Shown here: positions 1 to 9,898 of the stretch, in pieces | How positions within the stretch are numbered: the first letter of the stretch is position 1 | Layout of the letters: each line of letters opens with the position of its first letter | Source: a virus | Strand: one strand, 5' to 3' | IMG/VR virus record: IMGVR_UViG_3300021478_000016 | Coordinates: 78,433 to 142,432 of that record | DNA length: 64,000 bases | Program-made: the position numbers and the translations under genes | Notes under the pieces: model-generated | The model's database searches: none | What the model was told of the DNA's origin: nothing | What the model saw: the letters and a program-made list of their open reading frames with translations, nothing else

Positions 1-15
1 CTTCGTCGAGCGGTT

Positions 16-306
16 CTACCTTGCCCTCGAGAGTTCCCTGCTCAGCAAGAAGCGTATGTAGCGGGTGGCGAAGACCACACCACCTACATGCCAACCGGCG
101 ACCTCCGCGTAGCTCATCACGTACTCGCGAACGGCCGCCTTCGACTCGGAGGTGAGCGCATCCCTCAACTTCAGCGTGACCACGTAGCCCTTCGGATGAG
201 GGTCCATGAGGCACTGGTCATCGAATTGATCTCCGGCTCTGTTGAGAGAGCTCCAGAGCCCGGAGACCAAAGCCTGAGGGTCGCTCGTCTTCTCTGGAGG
301 GAACAT
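16..306 (-). CDS. hypothetical protein
   Basis: Protein-like composition; start codon shares the CATG palindrome with the terminase start. Confidence 0.5.
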   Translation of the reverse strand: MFPPEKTSDPQALVSGLWSSLNRAGDQFDDQCLMDPHPKGYVVTLKLRDALTSESKAAVREYVMSYAEVAGWHVGGVVFATRYIRFLLSRELSRAR

Positions 307-2125
307 GGGTCTCGAACCTGAGACTATTGGAAAGTTCGGGACGACGGAAGACGAGTACTACGATCTCGAAGAACTGGCCCCGGCCGACAAGAACTGGCTG
401 GCAGAGCCTGAAGACTTCGACGACTTCATCGAGCTCGAGTACGAGAAGAACCTCGCCCCTAGGCTCACGGAGATCTCCCTCTCCGAGTTCACCCACGTCT
501 CCTTCCGCATGCCGACGGAAGACGGCGGCGCCTACGAGAACTTCTCGTTCAAGGGCCGTCGGCACATGGTCCGCATCTACGACACGCCGGCGAAGCGCAT
601 CTTGCTCGTATGCGCACGCCAGGTCGAGAAGTCGACACTGCTCGGCAACCGAGCCATCGCGTACTCGTGCCTCGTCCCAGGCTTCAAGACGCTCTACGTC
701 TCCCCCACCTCGACCCAGACCAAGACCTTCTCGACGGACCGTCTGAAGGAGCCCATCGAGACCAGCCCGATCTTGCGCGCCTTCACGACGACGATGCTCT
801 CGCAGAACGTCTTCGAGAAGCAATTCGTCAACTGGTCCAAGATCACCCTACGCAACGCCTTCCTCAACGCGGACCGGACCCGAGGCATCCCTGCCTGGAT
901 GCTGGAAGTCGATGAGTTCCAGGACGTCCTTTCGGAGAACGTCCCGGTCATCGAGCAGTGCACCAGCCACGCACCCGAGAAGTGGAAGCGCTTCTGTTAC
1001 GCCGGCACGCCCAAGAGTCTCGACAACAACATCGAGTACTACCGGGCGCAGCTCTCGACGCAAGGAGAGTGGGCGGTCCCCTGTGACTCCTGCGGTTCGA
1101 GCGCCGGCGCTGGGCGGTACTGGAACATCCTCGGAGAGAAGAATCTCGGCAAGCACTCTCTCATCTGCGAGAAGTGCGGAAAGCAGATCCACCCACAGCA
1201 CGACGAAGCGCAGTGGGTGCAGATGGTCAAGTACGACGCGAAGACCACGCCCTTCGAGAGCTACCGCATCCCGCAGCTCATGGTCCCATGGAAGTCGTGG
1301 GACGAGATCATGCTGGATTACCTCCGGTACCCGAGGGACAAGTTCTACAACGAGGTCCTCGGTCTCTCGTACGACTCGGGCATGCGCCCGCTCACAATGG
1401 CGCAGGTCAAGGAGTGCTGCCTCGATCGGCTCTCGATGCACCCGGCCTACCTCGAGCGGCTCAAGAAGAAGATGGGCGACACCCCCATCTTCATGGGCGT
1501 CGACTGGGGCACTGGCGAGCATACGTACACGGTCGTGGTTCTCGGGGCGTACTTCGACATGGACTTCCGCATCTTCTACCTGCATCGGTGCACGGGGGCT
1601 GAGCTCGAACCACCTGTCCAGGAGAAGTTCATCGACGACCTCATCGAGCAGTGGAACCCGCTCATCATCGGTGCGGACTACGGCGGTGGGTTTCACTCCA
1701 ACGACCATCTCGTTCGCAAGGTGGGTCCGAAGAGGATCGCCAAGTTCCAGTACATGGCTCGCTCGAAGAGGAAGGTCGAGTGGGACCCGAAGCTCCTGCG
1801 CTACAAGGTTCACCGGACGGAGGTCATGAGCGACCTGTTCAACGCCATCAAGAGGCAGAAGCTCCACTTCCCCCGTTGGGTGGAGATGCAGAACCCGTAC
1901 GCGCAGGACATGTGCAACATCTACGCGGAGTACAACGAGCAGCTCCGCATGATCATGTACGACCACAACCAAGACCGGCCGGACGACACGTTCCACGCAG
2001 TGCTCTACTGCTTCCTGGCCTCAATGATCAAGTTCCCACGCCCGGACATCATCACGCCGCTGCGAGAGGATCAGAACCGTGGTCCGCTAGTTGGCGGATA
2101 CACAGGGCCTATCTACCAGGGCTAG
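305..2125 (+). CDS. terL: terminase large subunit (GpA-like)
   Basis: Walker A variant ARQVEKST, Walker B LEVDEFQD, coupling motif YAGTP, CxxC..CxxC insert, RNase H-like GVDWGTG and C-terminal DDTFHA; GGAGG RBS. Confidence 0.93.
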   Translation: MGLEPETIGKFGTTEDEYYDLEELAPADKNWLAEPEDFDDFIELEYEKNLAPRLTEISLSEFTHVSFRMPTEDGGAYENFSFKGRRHMVRIYDTPAKRILLVCARQVEKSTLLGNRAIAYSCLVPGFKTLYVSPTSTQTKTFSTDRLKEPIETSPILRAFTTTMLSQNVFEKQFVNWSKITLRNAFLNADRTRGIPAWMLEVDEFQDVLSENVPVIEQCTSHAPEKWKRFCYAGTPKSLDNNIEYYRAQLSTQGEWAVPCDSCGSSAGAGRYWNILGEKNLGKHSLICEKCGKQIHPQHDEAQWVQMVKYDAKTTPFESYRIPQLMVPWKSWDEIMLDYLRYPRDKFYNEVLGLSYDSGMRPLTMAQVKECCLDRLSMHPAYLERLKKKMGDTPIFMGVDWGTGEHTYTVVVLGAYFDMDFRIFYLHRCTGAELEPPVQEKFIDDLIEQWNPLIIGADYGGGFHSNDHLVRKVGPKRIAKFQYMARSKRKVEWDPKLLRYKVHRTEVMSDLFNAIKRQKLHFPRWVEMQNPYAQDMCNIYAEYNEQLRMIMYDHNQDRPDDTFHAVLYCFLASMIKFPRPDIITPLREDQNRGPLVGGYTGPIYQG

Positions 2126-2934
2126 TGCACGCGCTTCGAGTCGACGCGTACCCACTTGCGCTTGTGGCTAGAGGCCTCGGAGTCGAGCTTCAGCCTGATG
2201 TCTTCCTTCATGGCGATGCGGACGAGATGGGAGATGCCGCGCGTCACATCGCCATCTCGAGCCTCTGGGAAGGCCTTGTTCGCCTCTGCGGCCCCATCTC
2301 GCAGCCGGCAGAAGAAGTACGCCGCCTGTCTCATGCTGCGCAACGCGAAGCTGAAGTACGCGTAGGCCACTTCCAGATCTTTCTGAGCGTGGAAGAAGTC
2401 ACGTGGTGCCTTGGAGACCATCTGCTGGCCGAGCATGATGAAGTGCAGCCAGGGCTCTTGCGTCTTCATGAAGTGCGCGGCGAGAATCAGATACGTCTCA
2501 TCTACGCTCAGGAAGACCTTGGCCCAGTCCATCACCTCGACGGCTGTGAGTGTACGCAGGTCGCTCTTCAAGGCATTGGCGACACGGCGGTACATCGCCT
2601 CGATGTCATACGGATCTTCCGGGAGCCTTCTTTCTTTAGCCCCGAAGAGATCTAGGACTTCATCGAGCTTGCGTTCCACCCTCTTGCCGACAGCGTATGC
2701 AGTCAGGGCTCGGTTGTAGATCTTCGAGAGATGGACTCGGTCCTCGACCACCTTGAGGACCTCAGCCACATCCGAGATGTGGAACATCGGCTTCGCACCT
2801 GCTGGATTGCAGGACTGGAGAATGCCCTGGGCGATCATCTTGTTGACCGCACCGAGTGTGACGCAGAGAGTCCGTGCAACTTCGACCTTGGTCAGCAGCA
2901 GGTCGTCCGGAGCCTTCTCTTCGGCTTTCGGCAT
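2122..2934 (-). CDS. helix-turn-helix (HTH_17/MerR-like) DNA-binding protein
   Basis: N-terminal LLTKVEVARTLCVTLGAVNKMIAQGIL excisionase-like HTH. Confidence 0.65.
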   Translation of the reverse strand: MPKAEEKAPDDLLLTKVEVARTLCVTLGAVNKMIAQGILQSCNPAGAKPMFHISDVAEVLKVVEDRVHLSKIYNRALTAYAVGKRVERKLDEVLDLFGAKERRLPEDPYDIEAMYRRVANALKSDLRTLTAVEVMDWAKVFLSVDETYLILAAHFMKTQEPWLHFIMLGQQMVSKAPRDFFHAQKDLEVAYAYFSFALRSMRQAAYFFCRLRDGAAEANKAFPEARDGDVTRGISHLVRIAMKEDIRLKLDSEASSHKRKWVRVDSKRVH

Positions 2935-2949
2935 GTGCTATTCCTACAG

Positions 2950-2955
2950 TAGAAT
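2950..2955 (+). promoter_or_regulatory. putative -10 element (TAGAAT) of the head operon
   Basis: TAnnnT hexamer in the divergent intergenic gap, upstream of GGGAG RBS and ATG 2975. Confidence 0.45.
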
Positions 2956-2974
2956 CCACCAGGGAGCACTGACA

Positions 2975-4258
2975 ATGGACCTTCCGTTCCTGATGCTCTC
3001 CCAGTCGCGTGGACGCTCGATCTCCGGCGAGGAGCTCGAGGCGTTCGGCAAGAAGGCTGCGGAGCTCTGGTCTTCGAGCGAGAAGACCCTGAACGATGCC
3101 GTCGTCGAGACCGTCAAGCAGGCCGGACTCACGCCGGAGCAGGTGCGGAGGGTCGTCGAGTTCGCGAACACCTCGGCGTACCTCGGCGAGTTCAAGAAGG
3201 AGGGCTCCACCCATCGGGTCATCGAGTTCTCAGGTGGCCCGGCAGACCCAGCGGCCGTCCTCCAGGACCTCAACGACGGTGGTGGAGGCTCGGTCCGGGA
3301 TCGAGGCATGCTCGACTATCAGAGCCCCCCCTCTCGCAGCAAGACCGCCTCGACCGACGAAGACCTGTCGCTCAAGCAGGCATTCGAGGTGGAGAAGTCG
3401 GCTGGCATCCCGGAAGAGAACCCTCTCGGCGACGTCATCGACCTACGCGAGAAGATGGCGGGTCTGCATGACCACATCACTTCACAGATCAGCGGCCTCG
3501 AGGTCATGTACATGGATCTCTGCGAACGTCTCTTCGAGAACGTGAAGCAGGCGTCTCTCGAGGGGTACACACTCGGCGAGGTCGTGCAGGTCTGGTCGAA
3601 GGTGACCGACGAACCCGTCTTCTTCAAGACGGCCTTCGACATGCTCTCGAAGCGTCTGGTCGACAACGAGGTCTTCCGCTCCACCCTGGACATCGCCGAG
3701 TCCCTCGAGAAGACGGGGTCCTCGCGGCTGGTCAACATGGGTCACCCGTTGATCGCCGACTTCCAGGAGTACTGCGACGTCCTGATGAAGCTCGCCGGTC
3801 TGCGCGGGCAGCAGGAGAACGCCGCCTCGGCCCTTCAGGAGACCACGGAGTTCATCCTCCGTCCGGAGAAGCGCGCGAGTTTTCGCGATAGCTCCTCGGC
3901 CAGCCAGCAGGCCGGAGAGCTGAAGCAGGCTGCTGGTGGGGCGATCGGCCAAGTGCTCGACGTCGCTCGTGCCGCCGGCGAGAAGGTGGCGCCGGCTGCC
4001 GGCAAGGTCGTCGGTTCCGTCATCGGACAGGGCCCTGGAGCTCAGGAGGCCGGCAAGTACATCGGCAAGGCCATCCAGTACACGCCGCACGCCATCGGCG
4101 CGGCTCTCGGCCTGCGCGCACTTCAGCATCTACAGGCGGCGGGCCAGAGTCCGATCGGACACGCCGTCAAGTCCTTCGTGCCCGGCACGGCGGACTACCA
4201 GCAGAAGCAGTACGAGCTCCAGATGCGGTACGGCGGCATGCCGTTCGGGACCTACTGA
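2975..4258 (+). CDS. KxA-motif prohead core/internal head protein
   Basis: RBS supports ATG 2975; about 12 K-x-A motifs; Gly/Ala-rich C-terminus; upstream of the protease. Confidence 0.65.
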   Translation: MDLPFLMLSQSRGRSISGEELEAFGKKAAELWSSSEKTLNDAVVETVKQAGLTPEQVRRVVEFANTSAYLGEFKKEGSTHRVIEFSGGPADPAAVLQDLNDGGGGSVRDRGMLDYQSPPSRSKTASTDEDLSLKQAFEVEKSAGIPEENPLGDVIDLREKMAGLHDHITSQISGLEVMYMDLCERLFENVKQASLEGYTLGEVVQVWSKVTDEPVFFKTAFDMLSKRLVDNEVFRSTLDIAESLEKTGSSRLVNMGHPLIADFQEYCDVLMKLAGLRGQQENAASALQETTEFILRPEKRASFRDSSSASQQAGELKQAAGGAIGQVLDVARAAGEKVAPAAGKVVGSVIGQGPGAQEAGKYIGKAIQYTPHAIGAALGLRALQHLQAAGQSPIGHAVKSFVPGTADYQQKQYELQMRYGGMPFGTY

Positions 4259-4266
4259 GGTGGACG

Positions 4267-4941
4267 ATGAGCATCTTCGATGACGTCCTGAAGACGAAGA
4301 CGGCAGACCCGGCGGACATGGCTCGGAAGAGCATGGGTTTCGCAGGCCATCTCGGTCAGTCCCTGGCGACGGGGGCGGGTGCTGGCCTCGCCGGTGCCGC
4401 TATCGCTGGTGCCGGTGTCGCCGCCTCAAAGATCTACGACGCCATGACCAAGGCGCGTGACTTCCGAGCGATGCTCGGCTCGAGCTTCAACTCCGACCTC
4501 ATGGACTACTACCGGCAGAAGCCGAAGCAGTTCAATGAGGCGTTCAGCTCCCTGCGTTCGGCCAACCCATCGTTCAGCAAGGACCCGATGGTGGCCGGCA
4601 ACTACATGCGGCGCATCATGGAGATGCGGCCGGAGTCCGCCGGCGGCGCCATCGTCGAGTCGCTGTCGCACCGCAAGGACGTTTCGGAGTCGCCGATCTT
4701 CGACGCCTTCACCCGCTCTGGCACCTCGGTCGCCGGCGGCGTGATGGGAGAGCTCAGCAAGCCGAAGAAGACGGACCTCAAGAGCCCCGAGGAGATGGAG
4801 CAGTTCCAAGCAATGGAGCGCTTCAAGTCCACCCTCCGTCAGCGCGCAGGCGGGGAGCAGGAAGGCCACAAGCCTCGCTCGCGTCGCTCTCTCGGAGGCT
4901 CCGAGAGTTACGGAGGGACGCCGACTCCGGGCGCCGAGTGA
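4267..4941 (+). CDS. KxA-motif internal head protein with glycine-zipper segment
   Basis: N-terminal IFDDVLKTKTA followed by GAGAGLAGAAIAGAGVAA. Confidence 0.6.
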   Translation: MSIFDDVLKTKTADPADMARKSMGFAGHLGQSLATGAGAGLAGAAIAGAGVAASKIYDAMTKARDFRAMLGSSFNSDLMDYYRQKPKQFNEAFSSLRSANPSFSKDPMVAGNYMRRIMEMRPESAGGAIVESLSHRKDVSESPIFDAFTRSGTSVAGGVMGELSKPKKTDLKSPEEMEQFQAMERFKSTLRQRAGGEQEGHKPRSRRSLGGSESYGGTPTPGAE

Positions 4942-6732
4942 ATGATCTACAAGGTCAGCTACTACCTCGGCAGTGACCCGAGAGGTCCTGCCGCCATCCC
5001 CCTCTTCACAGAGAAAACGGATGGGTACTTCGAGAAGGTGGCTGCACCCAAGCTTCTGCCCGATGTGGTGAAGTACATCGAGAACCTCAAGCCCCGCAGT
5101 GACGCGCAGTACGTGCTCGTCAACGCGATGGGTGCTGGGGAGTTCTGGGGATCGAACATCAACGGAGACTACTTCCCCGAGACTGCGCTCATCCATCGAC
5201 CGGACAACTGGACAGGCAATCCACTACTCGACAAGATCCGCTCGAAGGATTGGCCGTACGGCTACCCGACCTTCTACAACGCGAAGCCCTTCCTCCACCA
5301 CCGCAACAAGGACTACCCTCCGCACAACCACCCCTCGTTCGGAGAGATCGAGCTTGCAGCTTGGAATCCGAACATGAAGCGGGTGGAGTTGGTACACAGG
5401 ATCGACAAGGACCTGTGTGCGAAGGGTGGTGGTCTGGGTCTCTGGGACAAGCTCAAGGCCGGTGACTATCCGGACACGTCGATGGGTTGCAAGGTGCCTT
5501 TCGACACGTGCTCCATCTGCCTCGACGAGCAGCGCTACAGAGAGGCTCTCGCCACGTTCGAGCCGGGCAAGCACAAGAGCCCAGGCGAGGCGGTGCTGGT
5601 CATCCACGAGAAGAAGCCCATCCGCGGTGTCTCCAAGACGCGCAACGACTACTGCTCGCACGCGCGGGACATGATGAACCGCATCTTGCCTGACGGCAGG
5701 AAGGTCTTCGTCACGAACGACTTCCCGAAGTTCTTCGACGATTCGTTCGTCTTCATCGGTGCGGACAAGACCGCCAAGATGATGATGAAGATCGCCGATG
5801 ACGAGAACTTCACGCCCACCGCTCGTGCCTTCTACGGTGTGCCGTCGGGGACAGCTACGTACTCGCCCGAGCTCGACATGAACGGCGGGGTGGACTCGTC
5901 AACCAAGCCCGAGGCAGATGAGGACATGAAGGTGGGTGAGGCCCACGACTTCGAGGCGATCCGCCTGATGTTCAAGGTCGCCGAGGCCAAGGGTGCAGAG
6001 ATGGACAAGGAGGTTGTCCCCTCCCAGTTCGCTGGCAAGGCGATTCCAGTGCTCACGCAGAAGGAGTCGGACCTGCCCAAGAGTGTCATCGACGCACTCT
6101 CGACGCGCTCTCCGGAGGAGGCTCTCTCGACGACGACGGGCATGGGGATCGTGCTTCGTCCGCACGAGTTCCAGCGGATGATGCTCAAGACCCTGGGACA
6201 GCACTCGATGGCCGACGAGCTCGAGTCTGCGGGTCTGGTCTTTCCGAAGACCAAGGACGAGGCCCCCGTGAAGATGCACAGTTCTCTCTTCAGCGACGTG
6301 CTGGCAAAGCTGCTGATTCCCCTGCTTTCAGGCCGTTCTGCATTCGGCCCGTTCATCGAGCGGCGGTGCGTCATGATCGTTGCCGGACCGGGGGGTGAGC
6401 CAGAGAAGAGGGCTTCTTCCCTTACAACGCCCCTCCTGCGTAAGATAGGAGCTGCGTACAACGGGTATCGCCGTCAGATGATGAACTTCATCACCGAATC
6501 GCAGAGCGTCCTCGCCCAGTCTTCGCTGGGTGATTCTTCGCTCTCGAAGCTTGCACACCACCCGGTGAACGAGCTATTCACTCCTCTGACGGCCGCGTAT
6601 CTCCGAGATGCCTTCATCGACGAGATGGGCGAGCTCTCAATCAAACAGGCTCACGCCGGCGTGGAGAGGGGATTCCCCTCGAGGAACACGCGAGACACCT
6701 CGAATCTAGTGGAGGATCTCCATGCCCGGTGA
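4942..6732 (+). CDS. prohead (capsid maturation) protease
   Basis: SNINGDYF, FLHHRN (His) and SMGCKVPFDTCSIC (Ser plus Zn knuckle) motifs of HK97/assemblin-fold phage proteases; lies upstream of scaffold and capsid genes. Confidence 0.8.
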   Translation: MIYKVSYYLGSDPRGPAAIPLFTEKTDGYFEKVAAPKLLPDVVKYIENLKPRSDAQYVLVNAMGAGEFWGSNINGDYFPETALIHRPDNWTGNPLLDKIRSKDWPYGYPTFYNAKPFLHHRNKDYPPHNHPSFGEIELAAWNPNMKRVELVHRIDKDLCAKGGGLGLWDKLKAGDYPDTSMGCKVPFDTCSICLDEQRYREALATFEPGKHKSPGEAVLVIHEKKPIRGVSKTRNDYCSHARDMMNRILPDGRKVFVTNDFPKFFDDSFVFIGADKTAKMMMKIADDENFTPTARAFYGVPSGTATYSPELDMNGGVDSSTKPEADEDMKVGEAHDFEAIRLMFKVAEAKGAEMDKEVVPSQFAGKAIPVLTQKESDLPKSVIDALSTRSPEEALSTTTGMGIVLRPHEFQRMMLKTLGQHSMADELESAGLVFPKTKDEAPVKMHSSLFSDVLAKLLIPLLSGRSAFGPFIERRCVMIVAGPGGEPEKRASSLTTPLLRKIGAAYNGYRRQMMNFITESQSVLAQSSLGDSSLSKLAHHPVNELFTPLTAAYLRDAFIDEMGELSIKQAHAGVERGFPSRNTRDTSNLVEDLHAR

Positions 6733-7609
6733 CATGAACGAGTTTCTGGCGGCAGCGTACGCCACGGCCCAGCCGGCACCCGTGCACACGGATGCGGCAG
6801 AGAAGGTCGCGCACGCAGAGCTGTTCGCCAAGCTGGCCGCAGAGAGCGGCCTGGACCTGACGCAGCTCACGGACGAGCAGATCGCGGCTGCCTGGAACGA
6901 GTTCCGGACGCAGGTGACGACGAAGACGGCCGAGGCGGGTCAGCCTGCGGGCCAGACCAAGGCTGCGGGCGAGCACGGTCACGCGCACAAGCACGAGCAC
7001 AAGGAAGCCGCGGCGAAGCGCGAGTTCGAGCAGACCAAGCAGGCGCAGGTCGAGTGGGAGCAGAAGAACGCCGAGGCCGACTTCCTCGGTCGTCGGATGG
7101 CCCACGCCTACGTGGACGAGCTGAAGAAGATCGCCAGCGCAACGGGCAGCCTGCCCGGTCAGACGGCGCCGGCGGCAGCTCCCGGGGAGAGCAAGGAGGC
7201 AGCGATGCCCCCGTTCCTCCAGAAGCTCAAGGGCCACGCCGCGGCAGCGGCCGGCAAGGCGAAGGACAAGGGCAAGGACGCCGTCGAGACAGCCAAGAAG
7301 CACAAGGGTCACGCCGCCGCGGCAGCCGGTGGTGCGGCAGCCGGCGCGGCCGGCGGCTTCATGGCGGGCAAGAGCAAGAAGGCGTCGGCGCTCGACGAGC
7401 TCGCGGCCCTCAAGGCGGTCGAGAAGGTCGCCGAGGCGGGTCTCGATGCGAACGAGGCGGCCGAGAAGATCGCCGCCATCTTCGGCAAGGGTGAGGTCAA
7501 GGACAGCGAGAAGATCGCGGGCGTCGAGGACTTCAACACGGCCCTCGAGGTCCGGTCTCTCGAGCTGCTCGAGCAGGTCGGCTACAAGGTCGAGTGGAAG
7601 CAGGCCTGA
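6722..7609 (+). CDS. scaffold/internal head protein (KxA-rich)
   Basis: Helical and Ala/Lys/Glu-rich; GRRMAHAYVDELKKIA; many KxA motifs. Confidence 0.65.
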   Translation: MPGDMNEFLAAAYATAQPAPVHTDAAEKVAHAELFAKLAAESGLDLTQLTDEQIAAAWNEFRTQVTTKTAEAGQPAGQTKAAGEHGHAHKHEHKEAAAKREFEQTKQAQVEWEQKNAEADFLGRRMAHAYVDELKKIASATGSLPGQTAPAAAPGESKEAAMPPFLQKLKGHAAAAAGKAKDKGKDAVETAKKHKGHAAAAAGGAAAGAAGGFMAGKSKKASALDELAALKAVEKVAEAGLDANEAAEKIAAIFGKGEVKDSEKIAGVEDFNTALEVRSLELLEQVGYKVEWKQA

Positions 7610-7631
7610 GAAGGGCGTAGGGTGAAGGACA

Positions 7632-8933
7632 GTGGTCGCCGGTCGTCTGAAGCTCGCTGAAGATCCGACGGCCCCTGTCCGCGCCCAAGCTGCTGCCTCC
7701 TCGATCCCGCAGGTCACTCTTCCGACGCTTCCCGCTCCCGCAGGCAAGAAAGGTCCAGTAGGAACTTCACCTCGAACGAATTACTCTCGAGTGAACACGG
7801 GTGCTCCGCTGGCGCCTGACGCCGGCGCGGCGGAACAAAAGAGCCTTCAACCAAAGTACGGGTCGATCATGATGAACGGAACGAGCCAAGCACACACGCC
7901 GACCCTCCAGGACATGGTCAAGGCAGCCCAGACGGGTGCCCTCAGCCGGTCCCGCATCGCGACGGAGGCCCAGCGCCAGCTCGACAACGTCGGCGGAGAG
8001 AAGACCGCCGAGGAGATGTGCGAGAAGTGCAAGAAGCCGATGGAGCACTGCACGTGCAAGGCCGAGAAGAAGGGCTCTGCCTCGAAGGTCTCGACGGCGT
8101 ACGCCACGAAGGCGGCGGAGGCTCTCGAGTATCTCGCGCACGAGCTCAAGACGGAGAAGAAGGCCGCTCCGAACGCGCCGCCTCCGCACATGACCGAGCG
8201 TACGGTGGGCCCCGGTGAGGGTCCTGGCGCGATCGAGGTCTCGCACGCGACGGCGAGCACGCCGTTGCCCGACCACAAGGGTCAGGGCCATCAGCAGCCG
8301 CCGATGAAGCCGGGTGGCGAGAAGGTCTTGAAGGGCGAGCACGGCGAGACGCAGATGGCCACGAACATGGACCATCCGACGCACGGCACGACCCCGCAGA
8401 AGACGGTCGGCAAGACCGCTGCGGCGGAGCTCTACAAGGCGAACCTCACGAAGATGCTCGGCAAGGAGGCCGCGGAGAAGGTCGTTCAGACGAAGACCGC
8501 CGCTGCGGAGCTCTACAAGAAGAACTGCGAGCGCATGGGCATCAAGGTGGCCGAGGACGCCATCTTCCCGGCGCACATCACCGCGGGTCCGGCCGTGGCT
8601 CCCGAGACGAGCCAGGCAGGTCAGCCGGGTGGCGCGCCCGCCGGCGGGATGCCGCAGGGCCGCAAGGGGACCGACAGCAACCAGTCGTCGATCGACATCA
8701 CCAAGGGCCAGGCGAAGTCCGACCCGAAGTCGGACCTCAAGAAGTGGTTCGACGAGCCGGCCCTCTCGGGGTCCACGGACTCGACGCTCAGCGCGGCCTT
8801 CGACAACACGGGTCGCGCCGGCACCAAGTACGCGAGCAAGGACGAGCAGGGCGACGAGAAGGTGGCGACGGCAGCGGCTCGCGCGCTCCTCGAGAGTCTC
8901 CTCGAGAGCGTCAAGGGCCCCAAGGCAGCCTGA
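7632..8933 (+). CDS. scaffold/internal head protein (KxA-rich, disordered)
   Basis: Many KTA/KVA/KYA motifs; duplicated KTAAAELYK; start may be 7632 (GTG) or 7869. Confidence 0.6.
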   Translation: MVAGRLKLAEDPTAPVRAQAAASSIPQVTLPTLPAPAGKKGPVGTSPRTNYSRVNTGAPLAPDAGAAEQKSLQPKYGSIMMNGTSQAHTPTLQDMVKAAQTGALSRSRIATEAQRQLDNVGGEKTAEEMCEKCKKPMEHCTCKAEKKGSASKVSTAYATKAAEALEYLAHELKTEKKAAPNAPPPHMTERTVGPGEGPGAIEVSHATASTPLPDHKGQGHQQPPMKPGGEKVLKGEHGETQMATNMDHPTHGTTPQKTVGKTAAAELYKANLTKMLGKEAAEKVVQTKTAAAELYKKNCERMGIKVAEDAIFPAHITAGPAVAPETSQAGQPGGAPAGGMPQGRKGTDSNQSSIDITKGQAKSDPKSDLKKWFDEPALSGSTDSTLSAAFDNTGRAGTKYASKDEQGDEKVATAAARALLESLLESVKGPKAA

Positions 8934-8944
8934 AGGAGATGACC

Positions 8945-9301
8945 ATGTTGGAGAAGGTCGGACAGGACAAGGCCGCCGAGGCGATGCTCGAGGCGGCGCA
9001 GGTGATTCGCGCAGTCACGGACGAGCGCGACCAGGCTCTCGCCAAGCTGGCTGCCATCGAGCAGCACACGCGCTGCGAGAAGCTGGCCTCGGCCATGGCT
9101 GCGAAGAACCTGACCTCGGAGCCCCACGACTACGTGGTCAGCAACCTCGAGAAGATGGCTGCGCAGGGCAAGCTCGACGAGCTCGAGCGCGCTGTGGCCA
9201 TGGTCGGTCCGGACATGGGCCAGAAGATCGCCCATCTTTCGAACGACGAGCACCACGCACAGGGCGGAACGTCTCCTCTCGAGACGTACCTGCTCGGCTG
9301 A
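8945..9301 (+). CDS. small scaffolding protein
   Basis: AAGGAG RBS; coiled coil with KLA/KMA/KIA motifs; hydrophobic C-terminal PLETYLLG; precedes decoration and capsid genes. Confidence 0.6.
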   Translation: MLEKVGQDKAAEAMLEAAQVIRAVTDERDQALAKLAAIEQHTRCEKLASAMAAKNLTSEPHDYVVSNLEKMAAQGKLDELERAVAMVGPDMGQKIAHLSNDEHHAQGGTSPLETYLLG

Positions 9302-9331
9302 GAACCCAAGGTCAAGCAGGAGGAAGAGATC

Positions 9332-9856
9332 ATGTCGACGGTCCAGAGAGTCAACTTCACCCCGGTGTCGGACGTTCTCCCCATCACGCGGAGGGACTTC
9401 GCACTGGCCGACCCGACCCTGGCGAACCCCTTCAACGCCACCGCCCTGATCGACGGGGAGTGGGTCACGCTGAACTCGAGCTACCAGATCCAGCGGCCGA
9501 TGAGCATCTCGGCGGCCGGCAACGCGGCAACGGCTCGCAGCTTCCCCCTCTGGGCGGAGAAGGGTCGCTACGACGTCCAGGCCAACTCGGGTCGCAAGAT
9601 GCCGGTCATCTGGCTCGGCGAGTCCGAGTGGGACACGCGCATCTTCGACGCGACGGCCGTCGTCGGTTCGGGTGCGGCCATCACGACCGTCCTCCAGCCG
9701 CTCAAGGTCGCTTCCGTCACCATCGGCGGCGTCATCTACTCGGGCCTCGTCGGCTCGGGCGGGTCGGCGGACAGCAACCCCATCGTCGGCTACGTCACCC
9801 GGCTGCCCGCCAACAACGGTGGTCAGCTTCGTTTCCGTACGGGCTACCGCCAGTAA
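9332..9856 (+). CDS. capsid decoration/cement protein
   Basis: Beta-rich 174 aa protein immediately upstream of the capsid gene; strong RBS. Confidence 0.6.
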   Translation: MSTVQRVNFTPVSDVLPITRRDFALADPTLANPFNATALIDGEWVTLNSSYQIQRPMSISAAGNAATARSFPLWAEKGRYDVQANSGRKMPVIWLGESEWDTRIFDATAVVGSGAAITTVLQPLKVASVTIGGVIYSGLVGSGGSADSNPIVGYVTRLPANNGGQLRFRTGYRQ

Positions 9857-9898
9857 GCGGGAGACCCAGGGCTGAACAGAAGGAGCAAGGAGAAAGCC

